From Candidatus Gottesmanbacteria bacterium (lineage in GTDB: Bacteria; Patescibacteriota; Microgenomatia; UBA10105; UBA927), in contig JAUXTO010000025.1 in NCBI GenBank assembly GCA_030679255.1, positions 8,719 to 72,718 of the forward strand: DNA of 64,000 bases, read 5' to 3'. Of this stretch, positions 18,792 to 27,885 are shown piece after piece (the stretch's first letter is position 1; every line of letters starts with the position of its first letter). The notes under the pieces were generated by a model. The model did no database searches. It saw nothing but the letters and a program-made list of their open reading frames with translations, and had not been told where the DNA came from. The translations under genes and the position numbers were made by a program.

Positions 18792-19340
18792 TTAAAACGG
18801 TATATCATCCGGATTGACTTCTTCTTTCCCCTCCGGTGGTTTCACGGTTTTCGTATCATCCGGTGCCTGCTTGACGCTAGGCTGAGCAACACTTTGTGTG
18901 GTTCCAGATGGCGGTGGTGTCGATATTCCGGCCGCACTCCCCGCATGACTACTGCCGCTTTCTGATCCTGTATCTGCGCTACTCACTTCTTCTCCCGCCG
19001 GACGGCGAGAGTCCAAGAGTATCATATCCTCGATAACCACCTCTGTCGTCGTCCGCTGACTGCCGTCTTGCCCGGTCCAGGCGGCCGTCCGCAGTCTGCC
19101 TTCCACATAAATCTTCCGGCCTTTGGTGAGAAGCTGGCTACAAAGCTCAGCAAGCTTGTTCCAGGCGACCACGCGGTGAAACTCAACTTCTTCCTTTTTT
19201 TCTCCTGCCTCCGTCGTCCAATACCGGTTGGTAGCCAGACCAATGGTGCAGACTGCCGCGCCGCTTGGCGTATACCGGAGTTCCGGATCACGCGTCAAAT
19301 TTCCGATAAGTTCAACCTTGTTTAAGCTTCGTGATGCCAT
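18792..19340 (-). CDS. ssb: Single-stranded DNA-binding protein
   Basis: OB-fold N-terminus (VELIGNLTRDPELRYTPSG) and an acidic C-terminal tail ending DDIPF. Confidence 0.9.
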   Translation of the reverse strand: MASRSLNKVELIGNLTRDPELRYTPSGAAVCTIGLATNRYWTTEAGEKKEEVEFHRVVAWNKLAELCSQLLTKGRKIYVEGRLRTAAWTGQDGSQRTTTEVVIEDMILLDSRRPAGEEVSSADTGSESGSSHAGSAAGISTPPPSGTTQSVAQPSVKQAPDDTKTVKPPEGKEEVNPDDIPF

Positions 19341-19341
19341 G

Positions 19342-19617
19342 TTATTTCACCGTCAACATAAATCGCAAATAATCCGTACCCATACGTGCCTCTTTTTCCA
19401 AATCCGCAGTTTTGAGTGTGCCTTCAATCGTGGCCAATACATAGATCCCCTCATTCATCTTTTTGATGGGAAAGGCAAGCGTTCGCTTTCCCCATACGGA
19501 AACGGCCGACACAACCCCACCGGCTTTCACCAAGAGTTTATTGATTAACTCCACTGCTTTCTTTTCCGTGACGTCCAAGTCCGGCCGGATAATGAGCATA
19601 AGTTCGTAGGTTTTCAT
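19342..19617 (-). CDS. rpsF: Ribosomal protein S6
   Basis: MKTYELMLIIRPDL... in the conserved rpsF-ssb-rpsR arrangement. Confidence 0.85.
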   Translation of the reverse strand: MKTYELMLIIRPDLDVTEKKAVELINKLLVKAGGVVSAVSVWGKRTLAFPIKKMNEGIYVLATIEGTLKTADLEKEARMGTDYLRFMLTVK

Positions 19618-19651
19618 GATCCGCCCATGATATCACGGCTAAATATAAATC

Positions 19652-20815
19652 TCAATTGCCAACTTTAAACTCCACCACATCCCCATCTTGCATCACATAT
19701 TCTTTTCCTTCACTGCGCACTTTTCCTGCCTCTCTCGCCCCTTTCCAACCTTTAAGCGCCACAAGGTCCGTATACGCGACGACATCGGCCTTGATAAACT
19801 TCTTTTCAAAATCCGTATGGATGACGCCGGCCGCCTGAGGAGCCTTCATCCCACGGGTAATCGTCCACGCGCGTGCCTCGATAGGTCCACAAGTTAAAAA
19901 AGAGATGAGACCAAGCATTTCGTATGCTTTGGCGATCAACCGGTCTAAGCCGGACGCTTCCAAACCCAATTCTTTGAGATACGCCTTTTGCTCATCTTCA
20001 GAGAGACTGGCCAACTCCGTCTCTACCTTGGCACTGATGCCTAGTATGTCATTCCGGCCATCCATGTCATTCCGGGCTTGACCCGGAATCCAGTCTTTTT
20101 TTTCGCTGGATCCCGGCCCGCTTCGACGTAGCGAGGCGAGCGCGGAGGCCGGGACGACAGAATCCGTTGTCAATTGTTGTTCGCTGACATTCGCCACGTA
20201 AAGAACGGGCTTCATAGTCAAAAGCTGCAAATCCCGAACGGCTTTCTGTTCTTCCGGTGGGAATTCGAGTGATGATGCTGGTTTACCGTTATTTAAGATC
20301 TGAAAAAGCCGTTCTAATAGTTCTGGTGGCAGTGCGCTACCATCCTTTTGCCGTTTCCCATTATCTTTTTGCCGTACTATCGTTTGCAAATCAGCCAATA
20401 TGAGTTCGGTCTCAATAATCCCGCGGTCCCGCTCAGGGTTGACGTCCCCGGCTACGTGGACGACGGAAGGATCATCAAAATAACGGATGACGTTGACGAC
20501 CAAGTCAACCTCACGGATATGAGAGAGAAATTTGTTCCCCAACCCTTCACCTTCTGAAGCACCTTTGACGAGTCCGGCAATATCCACAAATTGTACGGTC
20601 GCGTGGGTGAGCGGTGGCTTCACATGCTCTTCTCTCTCCACGAGCGTTGCTAGTGTTTCTAACCTTTTGTCCGGCACGGGAACCACACCGATATTTGGTT
20701 CTATCGTGGTAAACGGGTAATTTGCCGCCTCCGCGACCTGCTTTTTGAGGAGCGCATTAAACAGCGTACTTTTTCCAGCATTAGGAAGACCAACGATCCC
20801 TACTTTTAAATTCAT
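19652..20815 (-). CDS. ychF: Ribosome-binding ATPase YchF carrying an in-frame multi-hairpin element insertion
   Basis: [22 protein letters not shown]... with a TGS-like C-terminus. The insertion at 20048-20157 encodes ...SSEKKDWIPGQARNDMDG.... Confidence 0.85.
   Translation of the reverse strand: MNLKVGIVGLPNAGKSTLFNALLKKQVAEAANYPFTTIEPNIGVVPVPDKRLETLATLVEREEHVKPPLTHATVQFVDIAGLVKGASEGEGLGNKFLSHIREVDLVVNVIRYFDDPSVVHVAGDVNPERDRGIIETELILADLQTIVRQKDNGKRQKDGSALPPELLERLFQILNNGKPASSLEFPPEEQKAVRDLQLLTMKPVLYVANVSEQQLTTDSVVPASALASLRRSGPGSSEKKDWIPGQARNDMDGRNDILGISAKVETELASLSEDEQKAYLKELGLEASGLDRLIAKAYEMLGLISFLTCGPIEARAWTITRGMKAPQAAGVIHTDFEKKFIKADVVAYTDLVALKGWKGAREAGKVRSEGKEYVMQDGDVVEFKVGN
20048..20157. 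repeat. Family 2 multi-hairpin element (TIR gtcatYcc...gggaYgac), in frame in ychF
   Basis: gtcattccgggcttgacccggaatccag...ggatcccggcc...ggccgggacgac. It carries a partial internal duplication. Confidence 0.75.
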
Positions 20816-20896
20816 GTCAAAATTGTATCAGGAAACAGACTAATGGCATAGACTGATGTTGACATTGATCGAATTCTCAGTGTTTAATAGTAGCTA

Positions 20897-21568
20897 ATGC
20901 CTATAAATACGTTAGCTGACTATATTCGTAACGCAAAAAATCAAGGCTTGTCAGATGAAACGATTCTTAAAAACCTTAAATCTGCAGGGTGGAATGATGC
21001 ACAAATTTCCGAAATTTATATACCCTTAACTGCTCATCTTTCACCTCCATCCCCACCGACAGCTTCTACGCAAACGGCGTACAAAACTTCAAGCAACTGG
21101 GATGCATTTGAACACATCCTTCTATTTATCAGCCTGTATGTACTTTATACGTCTCTGGCACTCACTTTACACTTTTTTGTAGATAAATACGTAGTAACCA
21201 ACATAAACAGTACAAACTATGCTTCCATGATACAAAATTTCTATGGTCTATCACTTCTTCGGGGATATTTAGCTGCTCTAATTGTCTCATCTCCTTTATT
21301 TTCATTTTTTTTCCTAAAAGTTACGAAACGGACTCTTGCCCATCCTGAAATACGTAACCTTCCAGCAAGAAAATTCCTGATCTATCTAACTCTCGTCATT
21401 ACTTTTATTGTGTTACTGATAAATGTTATCTCGATTATATTTAATTTCCTTAATGGAAATGTGACGTTTAATTTCGTTTTACACTTTTTTACCACGATAC
21501 TTTTAAGTGCCACTATATTTACCTACTACCTCAATGAAATTAAAGAAGACAGAAAAACTTATGTTTAA
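20897..21568 (+). CDS. Hypothetical membrane protein
   Basis: A soluble N-terminal part followed by 4-5 predicted TM helices. No family recognised. Confidence 0.45.
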   Translation: MPINTLADYIRNAKNQGLSDETILKNLKSAGWNDAQISEIYIPLTAHLSPPSPPTASTQTAYKTSSNWDAFEHILLFISLYVLYTSLALTLHFFVDKYVVTNINSTNYASMIQNFYGLSLLRGYLAALIVSSPLFSFFFLKVTKRTLAHPEIRNLPARKFLIYLTLVITFIVLLINVISIIFNFLNGNVTFNFVLHFFTTILLSATIFTYYLNEIKEDRKTYV

Positions 21569-22595
21569 ACACTATATTGCTATTACGGTCCTCAACATTG
21601 TCGTCTTCTGTAGTATTGTTGCTGGATTTATTATCGGTGGGTCACCCACTGAACTCAAAGACATAGGATACGATACGACCCGAATAAATGCATTTACCCA
21701 AATTTTCTATGCTATAGAAAATTACTATAGAAGCAACAAGGCTATTCCAGAAACCCTAACTTTGTTGAATATCCAAGCTTCGATGCTCAAAGATCCCCAA
21801 ACTAGCAAACTTTATGTCTACACAAAACAAAATAATAGCAAGTACGACTTATGTACCATCTTCTCTACAGATTCTGAAAAAATGAAACAAAAATATACGA
21901 GCACTGCTATGCCTCTATTTGATTATCAGGCTGGAGCCACAGACAATACGCATAAAAAAGGGTATGACTGTATTTCCTATGACATGTCGAAAATAACGTC
22001 AAATATCCCTACACAACAACTACAACAGGATTCGAGGCAACTTGAAAATCAAGCGCTATTTGCTCTCAAAGACGCAACATTTGACGCGACCCCTAGAGAT
22101 GCAATAAATAGGGAAAATGGGTATACCACTTCCGGAAATATAAAACTATTGATCACGACCAAACTATCGAATATCTATGAAATCAAAGATAATTCCAAAG
22201 AGTACCTTGTGGCACTACAAACTACTATCATGTCTGACGGAAATTATGAAGAATTCAAAACAAGATGTTGGAATAAATCCAATAGTAATATATTCGGTTG
22301 TCACTATAATATACAGGACATAGACTTTGTATCCTCTACAGGAAAAAGCCTTCGAAAAAATCGTGAAGGTTCTGCTGACTATACCGTATCAAAAAATTAT
22401 GGAAACCTGTCGACCTATGGAGATTTCTCGAATAACAACAAAGATCTTTTTGGGGGAAGTCTTCTATTTTACGCACCGAAACAAGATTTTACAGATGATG
22501 GAAAACCTGTAAAATTCTATATTAAAAATTTTAACAAGGGCTGGGATACCATTTCTCAACCAAATGATATAGAGATATCCATTCTCATTAAATAA
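21561..22595 (+). CDS. Hypothetical N-terminally membrane-anchored protein
   Basis: Start chosen at MFKHYIAITVLNIVVFCSIVAGFIIGG (a TM anchor), followed by a large extracytoplasmic N/S/T-rich domain. Confidence 0.45.
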   Translation: MFKHYIAITVLNIVVFCSIVAGFIIGGSPTELKDIGYDTTRINAFTQIFYAIENYYRSNKAIPETLTLLNIQASMLKDPQTSKLYVYTKQNNSKYDLCTIFSTDSEKMKQKYTSTAMPLFDYQAGATDNTHKKGYDCISYDMSKITSNIPTQQLQQDSRQLENQALFALKDATFDATPRDAINRENGYTTSGNIKLLITTKLSNIYEIKDNSKEYLVALQTTIMSDGNYEEFKTRCWNKSNSNIFGCHYNIQDIDFVSSTGKSLRKNREGSADYTVSKNYGNLSTYGDFSNNNKDLFGGSLLFYAPKQDFTDDGKPVKFYIKNFNKGWDTISQPNDIEISILIK

Positions 22596-22680
22596 ACAAA
22601 TTCCCCAATAGAAGAATGAAAAATAGAAAACGGAAAAATCTAAAAGACGGAGATTTTCTATTATAATGCTACTACAAGGA

Positions 22681-22830
22681 TTCATCCGTCATTGGTACCC
22701 ACTCCTATATTTGGCACAATGGTCGTGAACAGGTAATTAGCCGCCTCGGCGACCTGCTTCTTGAGCAGCGCATTAAACAGTGTACTCTTTCCTGCGTTTG
22801 GTAGCCCGACGATCCCTATGCGTAAGTTCA
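22681..22830 (-). pseudogene. Duplicated 5' fragment of ychF (about 41 conserved codons followed by a stop)
   Basis: The minus-strand translation [43 protein letters not shown]... matches the intact ychF N-terminus at 20815. The DNA is diverged (roughly 75% identity by eye). Confidence 0.7.
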
Positions 22831-22907
22831 TATCGCGTGTATGTCGCGTGTATTGACTATCTTTTAAATTTTTGCTACTATGTTGTTATCACGATGACTG
22901 GACTAGC

Positions 22908-23441
22908 CTAAGGTTTCGACCGACCGCGAATGCCAGTCTTTTTTTGCTCTAAAGAACCTCGTAACAAATCTATACGCACGATATATTGCTTTTGGTTAAA
23001 TCTGCGAAGCAAACTTGAAAAATGATTTGAGGGTACAAGCACCTTTAATAATTTTCCTTTACTGTCCAAATGTTCTATTAAACAATGAAAATCCCCATCA
23101 CCGCTTATAATTATCGCTTGGTGATAATTTTTGTATTGAATCATCGTATGAAGCACCAGTTCCGCATCCACGTTTCCCTTGATAATCACTTTATCCATAA
23201 CGTGACGATACAATATAGGTTTGAAAATTAGAATATATCCACATTCTTGCAAATACGCGTATAAAGCCTCATTTCCATCTAGATGACCAATAAATAAATA
23301 CGCCTTGGTGATGGCGTATTTGTTACGTAAATATTGACGAAATTTACGCCAATCCAGTTTCCAGCCCTGGGAACGAATCCCTAAATTCAAATTTTGACTA
23401 TCAATGAACGCGTAGTTCGCTACCATTTTCACATTTTTCAT
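22908..23441 (-). CDS. NYN/LabA-like domain protein (PIN-like nuclease fold)
   Basis: AFIDSQNL...GNVDAELVLH...IISGDGDFHCLIEHL matches the NYN (DUF88) pattern. Confidence 0.65.
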   Translation of the reverse strand: MKNVKMVANYAFIDSQNLNLGIRSQGWKLDWRKFRQYLRNKYAITKAYLFIGHLDGNEALYAYLQECGYILIFKPILYRHVMDKVIIKGNVDAELVLHTMIQYKNYHQAIIISGDGDFHCLIEHLDSKGKLLKVLVPSNHFSSLLRRFNQKQYIVRIDLLRGSLEQKKTGIRGRSKP

Positions 23442-23467
23442 TTGATGTCATTATCCCACAAAAAACC

Positions 23468-24322
23468 TCACCGGGCCAGCCTATTGACGCTTGCCCAGTC
23501 TTTATGTCCGCTTCCATGAGACAGTGCGTCCGAGTAGATCTTCAGCACGTCATCAAGGAACGGGACATCCAACTCTGCTGCATATTGCTTGACGTAGGTC
23601 AGATCTTTGACAATCCACTCGATAGAAAACGAAATCGGATCAGCATCGTTGAAATATCGGTCCCGCGCGATTTTAGTTATCACTCCACCCGGACGCTCAA
23701 CGAGCGCTTCTGAAACTTTTTCCAGATCCATATGATGCGCTTTTGCCATCTTCATCGCAGCTCCGAACCCGACGATGTGCAAGGCTTGCATGAAATTCAA
23801 TATCAGCTTGTACCGCATGCCGCGACCAGCCTGCCCGAAGTAAAAAACTTTTTTTGCTATCGCATCAAAAACCGGCTGCAATCCTTTTATGACGGTTGGA
23901 TCACCTCCACAAAGCAAGGTTAACGTCCCGGTTTCCGCACCTATACGACCGCCGGTGAGTGGGATGTCACAGAATTGAAACCCTTGTTGTGCACACAGGG
24001 CAATGAGCTCATCGATCCATTGGACGGATAGTGTCGCGCTGGCAATGAGAATTTTCTTGGCCTCGGCTCCGGCGAGTATGCCGTCCGGGGACTTCCATAC
24101 GGCGCGTGAAGATTCGTCATTGGCCGTCACTTCAAAAATGACATCGGCGCTTGAGGCGACCTCTTTCGGGCTTGCCATCAGTGTGGCTCCCTGTGCGACC
24201 AACTCATCTGCGACTGAAGGAGTTCTATTCCACACGTAAACAGGAAATCCGTGTTTAAGGAAATTGATTGCCATCCCCCGACCCATGATCCCCAACCCAA
24301 CAACGCCAATCTTGAGACTCAT
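23468..24322 (-). CDS. NAD(P)-dependent oxidoreductase of the 3-hydroxyisobutyrate dehydrogenase family
   Basis: An N-terminal Rossmann motif (IGVVGLGIMGRGMA) and a HIBADH-family C-terminal domain. Confidence 0.8.
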   Translation of the reverse strand: MSLKIGVVGLGIMGRGMAINFLKHGFPVYVWNRTPSVADELVAQGATLMASPKEVASSADVIFEVTANDESSRAVWKSPDGILAGAEAKKILIASATLSVQWIDELIALCAQQGFQFCDIPLTGGRIGAETGTLTLLCGGDPTVIKGLQPVFDAIAKKVFYFGQAGRGMRYKLILNFMQALHIVGFGAAMKMAKAHHMDLEKVSEALVERPGGVITKIARDRYFNDADPISFSIEWIVKDLTYVKQYAAELDVPFLDDVLKIYSDALSHGSGHKDWASVNRLAR

Positions 24323-24458
24323 GGGGAAATTGTATCACGGGAAACTATAGTTAGAACATCCTTCATTGTAGTGTTCACCACACCCCGGGGCATGTGATAG
24401 TATTCCATGTCTGTCTAAGAATCTTGACTTATCAATCCTATAGTAGGATAATCCCACA

Positions 24459-25016
24459 ATGAATTATGAAGGACCTATTATTCGAAAATTGGCGTTGGAA
24501 TTGCATAATAACGTTGATTGGAGTACACACCCCTGTCATTTAGGCAACGGAGATTGTTGTGAGGAAAATGTACCAACAGGCGCTTACGATAGACATGTAA
24601 TTTATAATGCAATAAGAACAGGTAACATATCCCAGGTAGTTGTCGCTCAAGCTAAAGAAAGAGCTGCTCAAAATGAGGAATCATGCGGATTTTTTAATCT
24701 AGATACAAGATCTTGTGATGTCTATAATTTTAGACCAGCAAATTGCATTATTGCTGGCACAGGAGGATTTGTTAACGAAAAGTCTCATAATGCAATTGAG
24801 TCGGTATTTAAATACCGCCATACAGGCGAAGACGATGGAGTTGCAATAATGCATATGGGAACATCAATGTGTAGAGGCTGTCACAACAAACTAGCCAAAC
24901 AAGGAAAACGCATACGTGTTGCAATTATTGAAGCGTATTGCACTGTAATTGATGACTATCGTAATAATTCTGCAGAAATTATGAAAATAAATGATTTTAT
25001 TACTGAAATTAAATGA
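24459..25016 (+). CDS. Cys-rich protein, YkgJ/UPF0153-like putative Zn/Fe-chelating domain
   Basis: CHLGNGDCCEE...CGFFNLDTRSCDVYNFRPANC...CRGCHNK. Confidence 0.4.
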   Translation: MNYEGPIIRKLALELHNNVDWSTHPCHLGNGDCCEENVPTGAYDRHVIYNAIRTGNISQVVVAQAKERAAQNEESCGFFNLDTRSCDVYNFRPANCIIAGTGGFVNEKSHNAIESVFKYRHTGEDDGVAIMHMGTSMCRGCHNKLAKQGKRIRVAIIEAYCTVIDDYRNNSAEIMKINDFITEIK

Positions 25017-25167
25017 ATACCACCCATGCAGACGCCTACTTCACCAATGATGTCCCCCCACACCCCGAGGTATGTAATCCTCTGTAAACATACACTCGCA
25101 ATCTATCAATTTATCGGCAGAACGACAAAATAAAAGCAAAAAAAAGAGCTGTGATATAATCACAATC

Positions 25168-25488
25168 ATGATCAAAATTCCCAAATCAAATGCCATCGTG
25201 CATGGTCGTAAAGGACTCAAGGCGAGTTATTATCAACTGCCCGACGTGTTAAACGGTATGACTCTAGCCACCGCAACATTTACCAGTGAACATGGACAAA
25301 GTACGATCGGCGACCGGCCAAGAATCTATTATGTTGTAAAAGGAAAAGGGAAATTTATCATTAACGGCGAGACGGTTCTCGCGGCATCCGGCGATGTAAT
25401 CATCATCCCGCCGAAAGCTACCTACAATCTCTGGCCGATAGGGAAAAAAATCGAAATTTTCCTCATCTCCGAACTATTATCATTATGA
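25168..25488 (+). CDS. Cupin domain protein
   Basis: 106 aa with a small cupin beta-barrel pattern (GDVIIIPPKATYNLW). Confidence 0.55.
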   Translation: MIKIPKSNAIVHGRKGLKASYYQLPDVLNGMTLATATFTSEHGQSTIGDRPRIYYVVKGKGKFIINGETVLAASGDVIIIPPKATYNLWPIGKKIEIFLISELLSL

Positions 25489-26004
25489 ACGTCATCCTTC
25501 GGATGGTCACCTCCCTCAACGGCATCATTGCCAGAATCCATAATGAGGAAGATTTCATTTCCCATGATAGTTGGCTCGTATGGCTTGAAAGCGCCCGGGC
25601 AAACGGCTGTGTCATTTACGGGAGAAAAAACCTATGAAATTATCAAAACGTGGGGGCAGGAGTATTTAGACGATCTCAAGGGTATAAAGGTCATCATTGT
25701 TTCTACGAATAATAAATTCGAGGTCGGAGAGGGTTTTACGCTCGCGCAGTCACCTCAAGACGCGTTGGCGCAAGCGCGACACTTTGGCGTCAAATGCGTG
25801 ACGTTAACCGGCGGCTCTCACATAAACAGTTCTTTCGCGAAGCTCGGCCTCATTGATGAAGTCATTCTCAATGTAGAGCCCGTCATCATCGGCGAAGGAA
25901 TCCCGCTCTTTGCGCCAACTTTTTTTGATCTGAAATTAGAATTATTATCGATGACTCAGTCAAAAGGAAAAACAATCCAACTCCACTACAAAGTGGTGAA
26001 ATAA
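25485..26004 (+). pseudogene. RibD-C-terminal/DHFR-like reductase interrupted by a +1 frameshift in an A6 run
   Basis: Frame A from 25485 gives MNVILRMVTSLNGIIARI...VIYGRKNL followed by a stop. Frame B from about 25600 continues ...GEKTYEIIKTWGQ... to 26004. The two frames join at gggagaAAAAAAcc (25624-25629). Removing one A gives the canonical GRKTYE. Confidence 0.6.
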
Positions 26005-26010
26005 GAAGAT

Positions 26011-26271
26011 TTAATAAATATTTCCCCGGTAATCTATTTTCCGTACCCAAATCTCTTTTTGTTTTTCTAACACTTCAAATAGGGCGCGGACACTCCCGGA
26101 TCGTAAGCGATAAAACCCAGGTGTGCCGACGATCTTTTTAATATCAAGATTCTTGGAAAAGGGAACCGTCAATTGTTGTAATCTACGAAGGATGTTTTTT
26201 GTATCGTAAGAAGCCAAACGGGCGAGATTCTTCTCCGCCTGCTTCGTGAACAATACATTGTATGCATTCAT
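26011..26271 (-). CDS. RelE/ParE family toxin
   Basis: 86 aa with C-terminal ...GFYRLRSGSVRALFEV...IWVRKIDYRGNIY. It follows the antitoxin gene with no gap. Confidence 0.7.
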   Translation of the reverse strand: MNAYNVLFTKQAEKNLARLASYDTKNILRRLQQLTVPFSKNLDIKKIVGTPGFYRLRSGSVRALFEVLEKQKEIWVRKIDYRGNIY

Positions 26272-26538
26272 TTATTGATACTTTTTTACAATATTTCGTA
26301 ATGGAATCCCAACACCGCGGTCCTCTTCTGCCAATTCAGCAGCATCCTGTTCGTCCGTACGGTCTTCTGCCAGTTCACGAAGCCTCGCAAATTCACGCAA
26401 TGACAACATGACAGCCCGTGGGTCGGAATGTTGAAAAAGATACACAAATCCGAGTGAGTCCACGTCAGATAAAACCTTAAGAGGATCTTCCCGAAGATCG
26501 GTAATATTTTTGGTGTTTTGACGGGTTGGTAATAACAT
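26272..26538 (-). CDS. Phd/YefM-type antitoxin
   Basis: 88 aa with ITDLREDPLKVLSDV...RAVMLSLREFARLRE and an acidic tail. Confidence 0.65.
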   Translation of the reverse strand: MLLPTRQNTKNITDLREDPLKVLSDVDSLGFVYLFQHSDPRAVMLSLREFARLRELAEDRTDEQDAAELAEEDRGVGIPLRNIVKKYQ

Positions 26539-26569
26539 AAGGTTATTATGTATAAAAACCTAAGGTTTG

Positions 26570-27229
26570 TCAAGAGGCATCCAGTAGCGAAATAACATCC
26601 TTCATTTTTTCCGCAGTGATATCCGCTCCCCTCTGCTCATACCCCACCGGCAAATGCTGCCGGTAGCCGATGGTAAATAATTCAGCGGCTTTGGCAGAGA
26701 CAATTCCAGGATTGGAATCTTCAAGCGCGACGCTTTGTTTGGAATCGGCATGAAGAATTTTCAATAAATGGAGATATCCATCCGGTGCGGGTTTAGGTCG
26801 CAGTTCCTTATGAGCATTGAGGGATAACACCATAGTGAGGTTCTTCCGCCATGACAAACGACACAACACCTGCTCAATCCAATGCATCGGAGAGGAAGAA
26901 AGCAGGACGATTTGCCAGTCATGCGTTACGAGGTAGTCAACAAGCATGTCAACTCCTTCACTAATGCTACAGCGGTTATAGACGCGCATCGCCGCTTCAT
27001 CAGACTTCTTGTTATATTGATCGTGGGTTATCTTTGATCCCAAGGACTTGGCCTTTTGATAAATGTCTTCAATAGATACCCCGACCATGTCCCCGATCGC
27101 CAACGCAATGTCTTTCCCAAATAGCTTCACATAAAAATCCGCCTCGTCCTCAATCCATGATTTTTCGCTCGCGACAAGGACCCCGTCCATATCAAAGACA
27201 AATAATCGTTTTTTGGTCACACAATGCAT
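26570..27229 (-). CDS. HAD-IA family hydrolase (beta-phosphoglucomutase-like)
   Basis: FVFDMDGVLV is HAD motif I; the other HAD motifs are downstream. Confidence 0.7.
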   Translation of the reverse strand: MHCVTKKRLFVFDMDGVLVASEKSWIEDEADFYVKLFGKDIALAIGDMVGVSIEDIYQKAKSLGSKITHDQYNKKSDEAAMRVYNRCSISEGVDMLVDYLVTHDWQIVLLSSSPMHWIEQVLCRLSWRKNLTMVLSLNAHKELRPKPAPDGYLHLLKILHADSKQSVALEDSNPGIVSAKAAELFTIGYRQHLPVGYEQRGADITAEKMKDVISLLDAS

Positions 27230-27294
27230 TGTATCACGCGCGATGAACACACCGTATTGACATATAATTATATGTATAGTAATATGTTCATCAT

Positions 27295-27576
27295 ATGAAT
27301 ACCATTCCCGTCATCGCAACGGTAGCCGATCTCCAACGTCGATACCGGCCGCTTGTCGATGAATTGAAAGAAACCGGTGAACCCTTGGTCATAGTAAACC
27401 ACGGCGAGCCAGATATAGTCATCTTAGACCCGACTGTCTACAACGCGCAGGTTCACCGACTAAAGGAAATTGAAGAGGCCTATCTCCTCGTCACTCGCGA
27501 CAGAGCACTCGAGGAATACAAAAAAGGGAAGACGATAAAACTTGGCAAGAGTCAAAAGCTCATCGACCTACTGTGA
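27295..27576 (+). CDS. Phd/YefM-type antitoxin
   Basis: 93 aa with PLVIVNHGEPDIVILDPTVYNAQV. A toxin gene follows 4 bp downstream. Confidence 0.65.
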   Translation: MNTIPVIATVADLQRRYRPLVDELKETGEPLVIVNHGEPDIVILDPTVYNAQVHRLKEIEEAYLLVTRDRALEEYKKGKTIKLGKSQKLIDLL

Positions 27577-27579
27577 GAT

Positions 27580-27840
27580 ATGGATGTTGAACTATCGTCT
27601 AACTTTCTCAAACGCGCACGCCGATTGTCCGCGAAAGAAAAAGGAAAGCTCTCCGAATCTACTGAGTGGTTCCGGCGCGATCCTCATGATCCCCGACTCA
27701 AAACCCACGCGCTCACTGGTAAACTCAAAGGAATCTACTCCTTCTCCGTGACCTATGGGAAACGGGTAACGTATATGCGGGTAGACGAGCATACTGCCCT
27801 CTTCACCGACGTCGGATCGCATGAGGATGTATATCGATAA
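27580..27840 (+). CDS. RelE/ParE-superfamily toxin
   Basis: 86 aa with LKTHALTGKLKGIYSFSVTYGKRVTYMRVDEHTALFTDVGSHEDVY, the pattern of the RelE/YoeB-type C-terminus. Confidence 0.6.
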   Translation: MDVELSSNFLKRARRLSAKEKGKLSESTEWFRRDPHDPRLKTHALTGKLKGIYSFSVTYGKRVTYMRVDEHTALFTDVGSHEDVYR

Positions 27841-27885
27841 ACCCCAAAAAAAATTCACTTGACAGAAAATCGTCCTCGTGGAACA

